A stretch of 60,175 nucleotides of DNA from the IMG/VR virus record IMGVR_UViG_3300025398_000018, positions 1 through 60,175 of that record. One strand, given 5' to 3'. Source of the stretch: a virus. Taxonomy: Duplodnaviria > Caudoviricetes. Under the pieces are notes generated by a model. It saw only the letters and a program-made list of their open reading frames with translations. It was not told the DNA's origin and did no database searches. The translations under genes were made by a program, and so were the position numbers. Position 1 is the stretch's first letter. Each line of letters opens with the position of its first letter. Positions 26,993 to 35,745 of the stretch are shown piece after piece.

Positions 26993-27913
26993 ATGAGTAG
27001 CTATGGAAATTGGAACGCAAGAAGCCCTGAAGAAGTGCAACGCTATAACGGCAAACGCACAGACTTTAACACAGCAGTAGAACGATACGAGAGTATCAAG
27101 CCGTTGATAGGTAAGCGTAAGGTTCTAGATATTAGACCGCTTGGTGAGCGTGACCGAGCACAAGAACGCATTATTAAAGTTAGCGATACAGAGTATTACT
27201 TAACCTGTTTTGAGTGGGGTTGGAGAGATAAACAAAGGCTAGAGGGTAGCAAAATAGATGACGAGCCTAGAGCAATTACGCTTAAACAAGAAGGTAATGT
27301 AGAAACTATCATTATTCACAACGCCTGTTATGGGTTCATCAGCCCATCAATCTTTTATTTTTATAACTACAATTTACCGATTGGCATGAGCATGGAAAAA
27401 TATAGAGGCTCTAACTATGTGCGTGTCGATGATGGCAAAGGTAGCTATAACTATTACCGAGTAGACAAGATGGACACTACTTTCTATCGCCCTAAAGGTG
27501 GGTCATACTGGACAGCCCTCAATGTATTTCGTGAGGTCAAGCATAAGCTAAACCGAGCTAAGACTAAAGTTATTCGTGAGAAGCTCAAGACCTTTATTGA
27601 TTACGCTAAGGTAATGCTTCCATTAGTTGAACCTAAGTATAGTTATGGTAGCGTTTTAGATGTCCATTGGGAGGATTTTGTAACACTTAAGAACCCTGAT
27701 GAGATTCCCGAGTCATGGCTTAAAGCAGTATCACACTATGCCGACAGACTGTCTAGGTATGACTGGAGCACTAAAGCTCATACTGTTAATGAAAAGGGTT
27801 TGATTCCAATGATTCAAAAACAAGCCTATCGTGCAGCTCAGCCGTTTGATGTAGAGCTTGTGCCACTAGGTGATTTGTCTTATGACCCATATCGTAGTTG
27901 GATTAGTAAATAA
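26993..27913 (+). CDS. Hypothetical protein
   Basis: 306-aa ORF; GAAAGG RBS. Confidence 0.7.
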   Translation: MSSYGNWNARSPEEVQRYNGKRTDFNTAVERYESIKPLIGKRKVLDIRPLGERDRAQERIIKVSDTEYYLTCFEWGWRDKQRLEGSKIDDEPRAITLKQEGNVETIIIHNACYGFISPSIFYFYNYNLPIGMSMEKYRGSNYVRVDDGKGSYNYYRVDKMDTTFYRPKGGSYWTALNVFREVKHKLNRAKTKVIREKLKTFIDYAKVMLPLVEPKYSYGSVLDVHWEDFVTLKNPDEIPESWLKAVSHYADRLSRYDWSTKAHTVNEKGLIPMIQKQAYRAAQPFDVELVPLGDLSYDPYRSWISK

Positions 27914-27996
27914 GGAGAAAGCCATGACAGAGTTTGAAGATAAAGTAATAGCGTTGCTTAAAGAAATACTAAAGCTACTTAAAAAGGAGAAAGCTG

Positions 27997-28179
27997 ATGA
28001 CTAGACGAGATGGCGGTAAGGGCGATGCGCCACGCCCGCTAGGTGTAAGTATGGAGGAGTTTGACAAAAACTTTGATGCAATCTTTGGTAAGAAGGAAAA
28101 GAAACCTGAAGTGCAAATTGAAGTAGATGCTGAACAGGGTGAAGTAGATGTAGCAATCACTAAAACATGGGAGATATAA
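27997..28179 (+). CDS. Small hypothetical protein (GGKGD.PRP)
   Basis: AAGGAG RBS. Confidence 0.6.
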   Translation: MTRRDGGKGDAPRPLGVSMEEFDKNFDAIFGKKEKKPEVQIEVDAEQGEVDVAITKTWEI

Positions 28180-28180
28180 C

Positions 28181-28981
28181 ATGAAGTATGCACAGTTTCT
28201 AGGGCAGAATGTAGCCCAAGAAGTCCTTGATTTAATGGGAGAAGTCAAAAAGAAAAACCCGATGTTAGGGTTTGAAATAGGTGGAAATAGGTATAGCTTT
28301 TTTGATGACCAAGACCCGCCCCAAAGAGTAGAAATAAAGTTGTCCTTACGAGTGCATGACATCAGCGACCCTAGCCAAGACATAGGCTCTATTGGGTTTG
28401 ACCACGATGGAAAGTATTGGGTGCGTAGTCGGCTGATTCAAAATGAAAAGTATGGTCATTGGAATAAAAGCCAGCACGAGTCTAAGTATTCTAAGCATAT
28501 GAAAAACATAATTAAGGAAGCAATTAAAACCTTAAAGCCGTTTACTTATGCTGAAGTTAAACAAGAACAGTCAGGTAACATAGACCGCCATATTAACGAG
28601 AGATGTAGGCAGATGCGCCATAAAGCCGCACAGAAAGTAGAGCTTAAGTTTGCTGACTTGTTTACTGAGTTGTTGCACCTGAGCTACACAGGGTATACCC
28701 CGAAATCTCCTAAGGTTGCTGAGGCTATGCAGTATGCGGTAGCCAATAGAGAAGAGCTTGAAAAGTTCTATGACTACAATCCAAAAAGGTGTATGATTTG
28801 GGTTAGACCTAACAGTGTAGTGTATGAGCTTGATAAAGAAACTAAATGCGTAAATGCGATAGCCGACCTACCTGAAGACTTGCGTGGAAAGTTGTTTGTA
28901 TTAGATGTTACAGATACTGGACAGTTCGTAGAAGATGTAGGCATAAAACAGGATAACGGCATTTATTGGGTGCTACTTTGA
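28181..28981 (+). CDS. Hypothetical protein
   Basis: 266-aa ORF; GGAG RBS. Confidence 0.7.
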   Translation: MKYAQFLGQNVAQEVLDLMGEVKKKNPMLGFEIGGNRYSFFDDQDPPQRVEIKLSLRVHDISDPSQDIGSIGFDHDGKYWVRSRLIQNEKYGHWNKSQHESKYSKHMKNIIKEAIKTLKPFTYAEVKQEQSGNIDRHINERCRQMRHKAAQKVELKFADLFTELLHLSYTGYTPKSPKVAEAMQYAVANREELEKFYDYNPKRCMIWVRPNSVVYELDKETKCVNAIADLPEDLRGKLFVLDVTDTGQFVEDVGIKQDNGIYWVLL

Positions 28982-28987
28982 GGAGAG

Positions 28988-29428
28988 GTGATGGGAGATA
29001 CAGTATTTGGTAAGCTATATGGGTATGCAGAAGAAAAGCCTTATGGTTGGGTGGAGTTAGATAAAGCACTGTTTGTAGATATTGCGCCCTCATCTATTAT
29101 TCAAGGATGTTTACGCATGGTCGAAGAGCAGTTCAATATGCCCCTACAAAATGTATGGCGGGTTCATGTATTACCCAATGGTTTAGTTGAGCTAAATGAC
29201 TTTACACTGCCAAGTAATAAGGATACAATGAGGGAAACTTTTCGGCAGGAGGACTTACCCATTTGGATTCAAGATTCCCTGTCCGTTCTTATGATTGTAG
29301 ACCAAGGCGTGACGATTGAGGGGCTTGGAAAGAAAATAAGTGACTCTATATTTTATGTATTAGAAACACCCGATTTGGAGAAGATTTATGGCTACAAAGC
29401 CCGAAGTAAAAGTCAAGAGTGCAGTTAA
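28988..29428 (+). CDS. Hypothetical protein
   Basis: Its C-terminus (DLP.WIQ..LSVL.I...G..IEG.G) resembles the C-terminus of the preceding protein. Confidence 0.6.
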   Translation: MMGDTVFGKLYGYAEEKPYGWVELDKALFVDIAPSSIIQGCLRMVEEQFNMPLQNVWRVHVLPNGLVELNDFTLPSNKDTMRETFRQEDLPIWIQDSLSVLMIVDQGVTIEGLGKKISDSIFYVLETPDLEKIYGYKARSKSQECS

Positions 29429-29729
29429 GAAACTGCTTGAAAAACATGGGGCGTATTATTTTACACCAGTTACTAGTGGGTTTGGTTCTAGTGGCGTGCC
29501 TGATTTTGTCGCTTGTATCAAAGGAAGATTCATAGGCATCGAAGCTAAGGCTGGTAAAGGTAAGCCCACTGCACTACAAGACAAAAACCTGAGTCAGATT
29601 ATGGACAATGGTGGGGTAGCCGTATTGGTAAATGAAAATGGTTTAGAGCAGTTGCAGTTGTTGTTAGAAGTTGGATTGCCCAGTCAAGGGGCGTTATTCG
29701 ATATGTTAATTAAAGGAGAAACAAAATGA
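29388..29729 (+). CDS. VRR-NUC nuclease / Holliday junction resolvase
   Basis: PE..VK, GVPDF...KGRFIGIEAKAG...PT.LQ. Confidence 0.8.
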   Translation: MATKPEVKVKSAVKKLLEKHGAYYFTPVTSGFGSSGVPDFVACIKGRFIGIEAKAGKGKPTALQDKNLSQIMDNGGVAVLVNENGLEQLQLLLEVGLPSQGALFDMLIKGETK

Positions 29730-30133
29730 GCTGGACACAAATAAGTGAGGTAGATACAACAGTCGAGGAAGTGGCTGGAGATATTAAAATAGTGGAGAAG
29801 TTAGTTGAAGAAGTAAACAAACCGAAAAAAGTTAGAGCTATGAAAGCTAAGGTATCGGTGCTTGAGGAAGCGCAAAACATTATTTATGGTGACAGGGAAA
29901 AGACTTACGGACACCCCGCTAAAAATTTAAAGACCATCGCTAATATGTGGAACGCCTATATGAACAATATGGATGACGCTGGCACTTATAAAGTTACTGC
30001 TAAAGATGTTGCCGCTATGATGATGCTTGTTAAAGTTGCCCGCTTTGCCAATGACCCAAGTCATCGTGATAACTTGATTGATGTGTGTGGGTATGCCGCA
30101 TTGATTGAGCGTTGTGACGAGGTAGCTAAATGA
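29726..30133 (+). CDS. DUF6378-like protein
   Basis: I.GDR...YGHP..N...IA..W...KVAR......DN.ID..GYAAL. Confidence 0.65.
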   Translation: MSWTQISEVDTTVEEVAGDIKIVEKLVEEVNKPKKVRAMKAKVSVLEEAQNIIYGDREKTYGHPAKNLKTIANMWNAYMNNMDDAGTYKVTAKDVAAMMMLVKVARFANDPSHRDNLIDVCGYAALIERCDEVAK

Positions 30134-30369
30134 ACTTACTAGATAAGTTTAGGTTTTGGTTGGATAACCTTGTCGAAGGTGAAGACATTATTTATGGGGC
30201 ATCAGGCAACAAGTATCGGGTATTCCGAGCGCCTATTTATGTAGGCTATTGGACAATGCACGGCGGAGTATTTAAACAGCCAGCCGAGAAGAAGCCTAAC
30301 TTGCTACGCCGTATTGCCCATAGAGTCCTTTTAGGTTGGAAGTGGACAGATGGGTTAGACGGACTATGA
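30130..30369 (+). CDS. Hypothetical protein
   Basis: Coupled ORF. Confidence 0.5.
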   Translation: MNLLDKFRFWLDNLVEGEDIIYGASGNKYRVFRAPIYVGYWTMHGGVFKQPAEKKPNLLRRIAHRVLLGWKWTDGLDGL

Positions 30370-30569
30370 ACGAACAAGACCTAAGGGATTGTTTTGCTAT
30401 GTTTAGTATGGTTGGATTAGTAATGGCATATAAAGATAATCACGAAGAATCAGAGTTATCAAAAAGAGCTTATACCATTGCAGATGCCATGCTCGAAGCA
30501 CGCAAGCCCAAAGAAGAAGTTGGTATAACCGCAGTCAAGCGAGGAAGGAAACGCAAAGATGAACCGTGA
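30366..30569 (+). CDS. Hypothetical protein (LRD.FA...AY.IADAML.AR)
   Basis: ATGA overlap; a motif I recall from small phage proteins. Confidence 0.6.
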   Translation: MNEQDLRDCFAMFSMVGLVMAYKDNHEESELSKRAYTIADAMLEARKPKEEVGITAVKRGRKRKDEP

Positions 30570-30729
30570 CCAGCTATTTAAAATGATGTTGTTTGCTATT
30601 GCCCTTGCTATGGTTATTGAGATTAGCTTTTTTATGCGCCAAGCAAAGGCGCAAGTAATCGTTATTGACCCAACAAGCGGTAGCGTAAAAGACATTGTTA
30701 TCATGCCACTACCACCCCCACAAAGATGA
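30559..30729 (+). CDS. 56-aa protein with signal peptide, missing from the ORF track
   Basis: MNRDQLFKMMLFAIALAMVIEISFFMRQAKA|QVIVIDP...; stop overlaps the polymerase ATG. Confidence 0.5.
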   Translation: MNRDQLFKMMLFAIALAMVIEISFFMRQAKAQVIVIDPTSGSVKDIVIMPLPPPQR

Positions 30730-32546
30730 ATATAATTAGCTTAGACTTTGAAACATACTACGACCAGCAGTTTTCGCTTAGCAAACTAACCACAGAAGAA
30801 TACATAAGAAGCCCATTGTTTCAGACAATCGGAGTAGGAGTAAAAGTAAATGAGGAAGAAACACTTTGGTGCAGTGGAGACGATACTAGAATTGCTAGCT
30901 TTTTGGGTGATTTTGACTGGAGCAATTCTGCTTTACTTGCCCATAATGCTATGTTTGACGCTGCAATCCTTAGTTGGCGTTATAACATTAAGCCTAAAGC
31001 GATACTAGATACGCTGAGTATGGCTCGTGCTATTCATGGCACAGAAGTTGGTAATTCTTTGGCAAAACTATCACTCTTTTATGCGCTCGGTGTCAAAGGC
31101 ACAGAGATTGTCGATGCTCGGGGTAAACGCAGAGAAGATTTTATCGAGGAAGATTTGCACGCCTATGCTGGCTATTGTAAGAATGATGTGGAGCTTACAT
31201 ACGCCCTATTCAAAAAGCTAGCCCCTCACTTCAAACAGAACGAACTCAAACTTATAGACATAACTATAAGAATGTTTTCAGAACCTAGTCTAGTCCTAGA
31301 CGAAAACCTACTACGCCAACATCTAGCCGAAGTTAAATACCGCAAGGAGTTATTGCTTGAGGAGGCTGGAGTTGAGACCCGAGATGACCTGATGTCAAAC
31401 CAAAAGTTTGCTGAAATGTTACGGGGCCTGGGCGTAGAACCACCTACCAAAATATCTTTAGCGACAGGCAAAGAAACTCTAGCTATGGCTAAGAACGATG
31501 AGGAGTTTAAAGCCCTTGCTGAACACCCTGACGAACGAGTGCAGACCTTGATAGCGGCTAGGCTTGGTAACAAGTCCACGCTTGAGGAGACACGCACAGA
31601 ACGTTTTATGGGTATTGCCAATCGTGGGTTGATGCCTGTGCCGTTGCAATACTATGCGGCTCATACAGGGCGTTGGGGCGGGGCAGATAAGATTAACTTA
31701 CAGAACCTACCTAGTCGTGGGAACAACGCCAACAAGCTAAAGTTTTCTATCAAAGCTCCCGAAGGTTATGTATTGATTGATAGCGACTCCTCGCAGATTG
31801 AGGCGAGGGTGCTGGCTTGGTTGTCTAAACAGAACGATTTGACGGAGGCTTTTAAGAATGGCGAAGATGTCTACAAGATTATGGCTAGTGCCATCTACTC
31901 AAAAGAAACTGACGAAGTTACTTCTAGCGAGAGGTTTGTCGGGAAAACCACGATTCTTGGGGCTGGCTATGGCATGGGGGCTAAGAAATTCGGGGTACAG
32001 CTTAAAACCTTTGGTGTGGAAATTGAAGAACCGGAAGCTATCCATATCATTCAAGTTTACCGCCAAACATATTCCAAAATACCAGCACTATGGACAGAGG
32101 GTCGCCATGCAATCGAGGCTATGGTCAAGAATCAAAGCACTCCGTTCGGTAATGGCTGTGTAGAAGTTCGTGGAGACGAAGGGATATTACTACCTAATGG
32201 GTTGTATCAAAGATACCCTAATTTGCGTAAGGTAAGAACCGAAGATGGCGAGCAGTATGTTTACGATGCCAAGCGGGGTTCTGTTAAAATATACGGAGGT
32301 AAGTTGGTAGAGAACATTTGCCAAGCACTTGCTCGCTGTATTATCGGTGAGCAGATGCTAAAGATAGCAAAAAGATATAAGCCAGTATTAACTGTGCATG
32401 ATGCGGTGGCTTGTATAGCACCTAAAGAAGAGGTCGAGGAGGCTATGGCATATGTGCAGGAATGTATGCGATGGACACCTGATTGGGCGGAAGGGCTGCC
32501 TGTAAATTGTGAGGCGGGTTATGGTCAAAGTTATGGAGATTGTTAA
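30726..32546 (+). CDS. DNA polymerase, family A, with 3'-5' exonuclease
   Basis: LDFET (ExoI), HNAMFD (ExoII), HTGRW, DSSQIEAR (motif A), R..GK...LG.GYG (motif B), TVHD (motif C). Confidence 0.92.
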   Translation: MNIISLDFETYYDQQFSLSKLTTEEYIRSPLFQTIGVGVKVNEEETLWCSGDDTRIASFLGDFDWSNSALLAHNAMFDAAILSWRYNIKPKAILDTLSMARAIHGTEVGNSLAKLSLFYALGVKGTEIVDARGKRREDFIEEDLHAYAGYCKNDVELTYALFKKLAPHFKQNELKLIDITIRMFSEPSLVLDENLLRQHLAEVKYRKELLLEEAGVETRDDLMSNQKFAEMLRGLGVEPPTKISLATGKETLAMAKNDEEFKALAEHPDERVQTLIAARLGNKSTLEETRTERFMGIANRGLMPVPLQYYAAHTGRWGGADKINLQNLPSRGNNANKLKFSIKAPEGYVLIDSDSSQIEARVLAWLSKQNDLTEAFKNGEDVYKIMASAIYSKETDEVTSSERFVGKTTILGAGYGMGAKKFGVQLKTFGVEIEEPEAIHIIQVYRQTYSKIPALWTEGRHAIEAMVKNQSTPFGNGCVEVRGDEGILLPNGLYQRYPNLRKVRTEDGEQYVYDAKRGSVKIYGGKLVENICQALARCIIGEQMLKIAKRYKPVLTVHDAVACIAPKEEVEEAMAYVQECMRWTPDWAEGLPVNCEAGYGQSYGDC

Positions 32547-32718
32547 GGTGGATTATTCAACATATTATTTAGAAGCACTAAAAGAAATTAAGTTAGCACA
32601 TGAAGCACTATTAAAGAATGACTACCAAAAAGCATATGAACATTGTTTAAATTCGCAGACAGAAATACGATTGTTGGGAACATCAATCAGAAGCTGGATA
32701 CCAACGGAGGAAGAATGA
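32533..32718 (+). CDS. Small hypothetical protein
   Basis: Coupled ORF after the polymerase. Confidence 0.55.
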   Translation: MEIVKVDYSTYYLEALKEIKLAHEALLKNDYQKAYEHCLNSQTEIRLLGTSIRSWIPTEEE

Positions 32719-33149
32719 ACGCAAATGAACTAGCTGATAAATTAGAACAGGGTCATTGGGAAGGTGGCACAAGAGAACAAGTAGCCACCATGCTACGCCA
32801 GCAACATTCTGAACTAAAAGAATTAAAGTTGGCTAGATTGGCTGATTTAGATGTTATCTTAAAACAACGAGCTGAAATAGAGTTATTGTTTAAAGAAATA
32901 CCTGAATTTGGAAAAGCTATCATGAACAATGAACCAGTAGCGTATGTAACAGGGCTAAATAAATTTGACTCAAAAATGGTTGATACTGTTTTAAAAGTCG
33001 GTACACCACTCTACACCCATCCAGCAAAGACACTAACAGATGAGGAAATAACAGAAGTCTTTGATACAACTTTTGAAGTGCATGATTATCAAGATTCGTT
33101 TATTAAGTTTGCTAGAGCAATATTAAGAAAGGCACAAGAGAAATGTTAA
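32715..33149 (+). CDS. Cassette-array protein 1 (ends FARAILRKAQEKC)
   Basis: GGAGG RBS; ATGA overlap; start moved to 32715. Confidence 0.7.
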   Translation: MNANELADKLEQGHWEGGTREQVATMLRQQHSELKELKLARLADLDVILKQRAEIELLFKEIPEFGKAIMNNEPVAYVTGLNKFDSKMVDTVLKVGTPLYTHPAKTLTDEEITEVFDTTFEVHDYQDSFIKFARAILRKAQEKC

Positions 33150-33313
33150 TTCAACTTGATAAAAACGAAATTGTGGATTCTTCTTATATTCTTTGGGCTA
33201 AAAGAAATGGTAATTACACCGATGTTCAATTAAAAGATGGCAATATTTTTAAACAAATATGGGATGAAAATGAAGATGTTTGGTATCAACTAAGAAAGGC
33301 GCAAGAGAAATGA
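33143..33313 (+). CDS. Cassette-array protein 2, 56 aa, missing from the ORF track (MLIQLDKNE...WYQLRKAQEK)
   Basis: Starts at the ATG inside repeat 1 and ends in the partial repeat. Confidence 0.7.
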   Translation: MLIQLDKNEIVDSSYILWAKRNGNYTDVQLKDGNIFKQIWDENEDVWYQLRKAQEK

Positions 33314-33555
33314 ACTCAAAACAAATAGCTGATGAATTGGAAAACATTTATTGGATACAGGGCGATGGAAAAGGCAAACCATTTCAGCAATATGCAGACT
33401 TTGTACGCCAGCAACAAGCTGAAATTGAGGCGTTGAAAGCAAAGACACTAACAGATGAAGAAATAATTGAAATTTGGAGTGGCATGGAAACTGACACAGG
33501 CGAACAAAACATTATTTTTGCTAGAGCAATACTAAGAAAGGCACAAGAGAAATGA
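33310..33555 (+). CDS. Cassette-array protein 3
   Basis: Start moved to the repeat ATG at 33310; TLTDEEI...FARAILRKAQEK. Confidence 0.7.
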   Translation: MNSKQIADELENIYWIQGDGKGKPFQQYADFVRQQQAEIEALKAKTLTDEEIIEIWSGMETDTGEQNIIFARAILRKAQEK

Positions 33556-33758
33556 ATGCAGAACATTGGAAAAAACAAGCTGAAATATACAAAGAAAATC
33601 TTTTGGAAGCAAAAAGACTGTTTGACTTAAAGTTTACATTAACGGATGAAGAAATAAGTCAGGTATACAAAGAAGTCAGTGCGCCATTTGGTGAAAAAAG
33701 ATTATACGAAATCCATGATTTTGCTAGAGCAATACTAAGAAAGGCACAAGAGAAATGA
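33552..33758 (+). CDS. Cassette-array protein 4
   Basis: TLTDEEI...FARAILRKAQEK. Confidence 0.7.
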   Translation: MNAEHWKKQAEIYKENLLEAKRLFDLKFTLTDEEISQVYKEVSAPFGEKRLYEIHDFARAILRKAQEK

Positions 33759-34075
33759 AAACACCGTTTGATTTAGAAGATGACATTCAAAAGGTTTGGT
33801 CGGTCAAAGAAGATATAGAGTTATTGATTTGGCGTTACATAGACCACCCTGCTCATATGTCAGCAGACGAAGTATGGAATCATTTGGCTGGTATCGCTAG
33901 TAGGCTTGACTTATACTGCGAGAAACTATGGGATACCTACTGCCAAAAGTTTGAGCTAGATGAGTATGCCTCAGACGAAAAGAAAGCCTATCGTAAAGCC
34001 ATGCTTACGAAATACTTTGAGGCTTTAAAAGAGGGCAATGAAGCTGGCAAAAAGACTAAAAAGAAAAAGAAATGA
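33755..34075 (+). CDS. Hypothetical protein
   Basis: Starts at the ATG in the last repeat. Confidence 0.65.
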   Translation: MKTPFDLEDDIQKVWSVKEDIELLIWRYIDHPAHMSADEVWNHLAGIASRLDLYCEKLWDTYCQKFELDEYASDEKKAYRKAMLTKYFEALKEGNEAGKKTKKKKK

Positions 34076-34549
34076 GCTACTCAATTAAAGACGAGGAAGG
34101 CTACAAAGTTCGTGTAGTTGGTAGGTTAGAAGAAGCAAAGGCTATATGTGCAGTGCGGGAAGGCTGGACATATAAATTTATACATAAACCAAAAGAAACA
34201 GTTGATTTAACAAAGTTTGAGGAGGCTTTAATATGATTGAAAGTTTAGCAAAACCACAACCATTAGATAACGATATAGCAGTTATGAAAATCATTCAGCT
34301 TATGGGACAATTAAGTCTTAACGATATTGGCTATGTTTTAAATATAGCTAGTCAAGTATACGAAGCTACTGCAAAGGAAGCGTGATGGAAGAGAAAGATT
34401 GGAAAGCCGAATACGAAGTAATGCGTGACGCATACCATGATGTCTTGAAGCAGATGGCAAGCCTTACTCAAGAAGTTGATGAGTTAAAGGAAGTGCTAGA
34501 TAAAGCTTTAAGTGCATGGGCTAAAGACATGGAACGGATACGAAAATGA
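34072..34549 (+). CDS. Three coupled small ORFs missing from the track (34072..34236, 34233..34385, 34385..34549)
   Basis: Translated by hand; stop/start overlaps tile the gap exactly. Confidence 0.6.
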
Positions 34550-35226
34550 CTGCATGGTCTTACAGTAGCATAACCCTATTTGAACAATGCCCTAAGAAGT
34601 ATTACCATTTAAGGGTAGCTAAGGATATTAAAGAACCTGAATCCGAAGCTATGAACTACGGTAAAGACCTACACCTAGCCGCAGAAGAATACATTCGAGA
34701 CGGCAAGCCCCTACCAGCTAAGTACGCCTTTATTCAGGAGATGCTAGATAAATTAAAAGCAGTCCCCGGCGAGAAGCTATGCGAGAATAAATTAGCAGTA
34801 AAGATTGTAGATGGTGGCAAGCTAGCCCCCTGTGACTTCTTTGATAAGAACGTTTGGTATAGAGGTATAGCCGACCTAATTATCCTAGACCGAGAGAACC
34901 AAGAAGCTCGCATCATTGACTACAAGACTGGCAAATCGGCAAAGTATGCGGATACTAAGCAGTTAAAGTTACTAGCCGCTTGCGTGTTTACACACTACCC
35001 TGAGATTGCAATTATCAAGGCGGGGTTGTTATTTGTAGTATCTAAAGAGTTTATTAAAGAAGAATACAGTACGCACCATAGGTTAGCTTATTTTGAGCAG
35101 TTCAAGCCCCTCGTAAACCAGTTAGATTCTTGCTTGGAAACAGGGGTATGGAATCCAAAGCGGAACTTCACTTGTCCTAAACACTGCCCTGTATTAGAAT
35201 GTACGCATAATGGAAGGAACACATAA
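34546..35226 (+). CDS. PD-(D/E)XK (Cas4/RecB-like) exonuclease
   Basis: WSYS....F.QCP, RGIADL, IIDYKTGK, QL, C-terminal C..C. Confidence 0.8.
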   Translation: MTAWSYSSITLFEQCPKKYYHLRVAKDIKEPESEAMNYGKDLHLAAEEYIRDGKPLPAKYAFIQEMLDKLKAVPGEKLCENKLAVKIVDGGKLAPCDFFDKNVWYRGIADLIILDRENQEARIIDYKTGKSAKYADTKQLKLLAACVFTHYPEIAIIKAGLLFVVSKEFIKEEYSTHHRLAYFEQFKPLVNQLDSCLETGVWNPKRNFTCPKHCPVLECTHNGRNT

Positions 35227-35522
35227 TGCCCTACAAGAACAAAGCAGACCGTAAATATACTAATGCCGTTAAATACGAAGACACTCCTGAGCAAGTAAAG
35301 CATAGGGAAGAACGTAACAAACTACGCCGTAAGCTGTTAAAAGAAGGTAAGGTTACTAAGGGTGATGGGAAAGACGTTGCCCATAAAAAGGCAATGGACA
35401 AGGGCGGTACAGCTAAGGATGGTTACTTTGTACAAGATGCTGGAGCTAATCGCTCATTCAAAAGAGACGCTAAACGTAACTTGGTATCAGAAGTAAGTGC
35501 TAAGGAACGCAAGAAGAAATAA
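35226..35522 (+). CDS. HNH-like small endonuclease
   Basis: GDGKDVAHKK....GG......ANRS. Confidence 0.6.
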   Translation: MPYKNKADRKYTNAVKYEDTPEQVKHREERNKLRRKLLKEGKVTKGDGKDVAHKKAMDKGGTAKDGYFVQDAGANRSFKRDAKRNLVSEVSAKERKKK

Positions 35523-35745
35523 GTTGTAGTATTGAACCACAGGATAGGGTATGAGTGCCTAGCTGGTTCGGGGTCGAGTGCCCTTCATGAGTAAACCGTA
35601 TCAGTTGGTAATTGGTTTTTGTAGTTAGTGCTCACGTGCTAACCACCTTTCACCCGAACGAGCCAACGGACACTGGGAAAGACTAGAAAAATTATAAAGC
35701 TTGAAGCGGACACCGCTTTCAGGCTATTTAGTATCGGAGAAAACA

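Larger units (their letters stand above)
33108..33758 (+). repeat. 39-bp direct repeat TTTGCTAGAGCAATAYTAAGAAAGGCACAAGAGAAATGW at 33108, 33517 and 33720, plus a 24-bp partial copy at 33290
   Basis: Read directly from the sequence; each copy sits at a gene junction. Confidence 0.9.

Noticed and set aside
32715-33758. Diversity-generating retroelement
   Set aside because: No reverse transcriptase is present, and the differences between copies are not adenine-specific TR/VR substitutions.
35523-35700. tRNA (GGTTCG resembles a T-loop)
   Set aside because: I could not build a cloverleaf or acceptor stem; kept only as a generic structured region.
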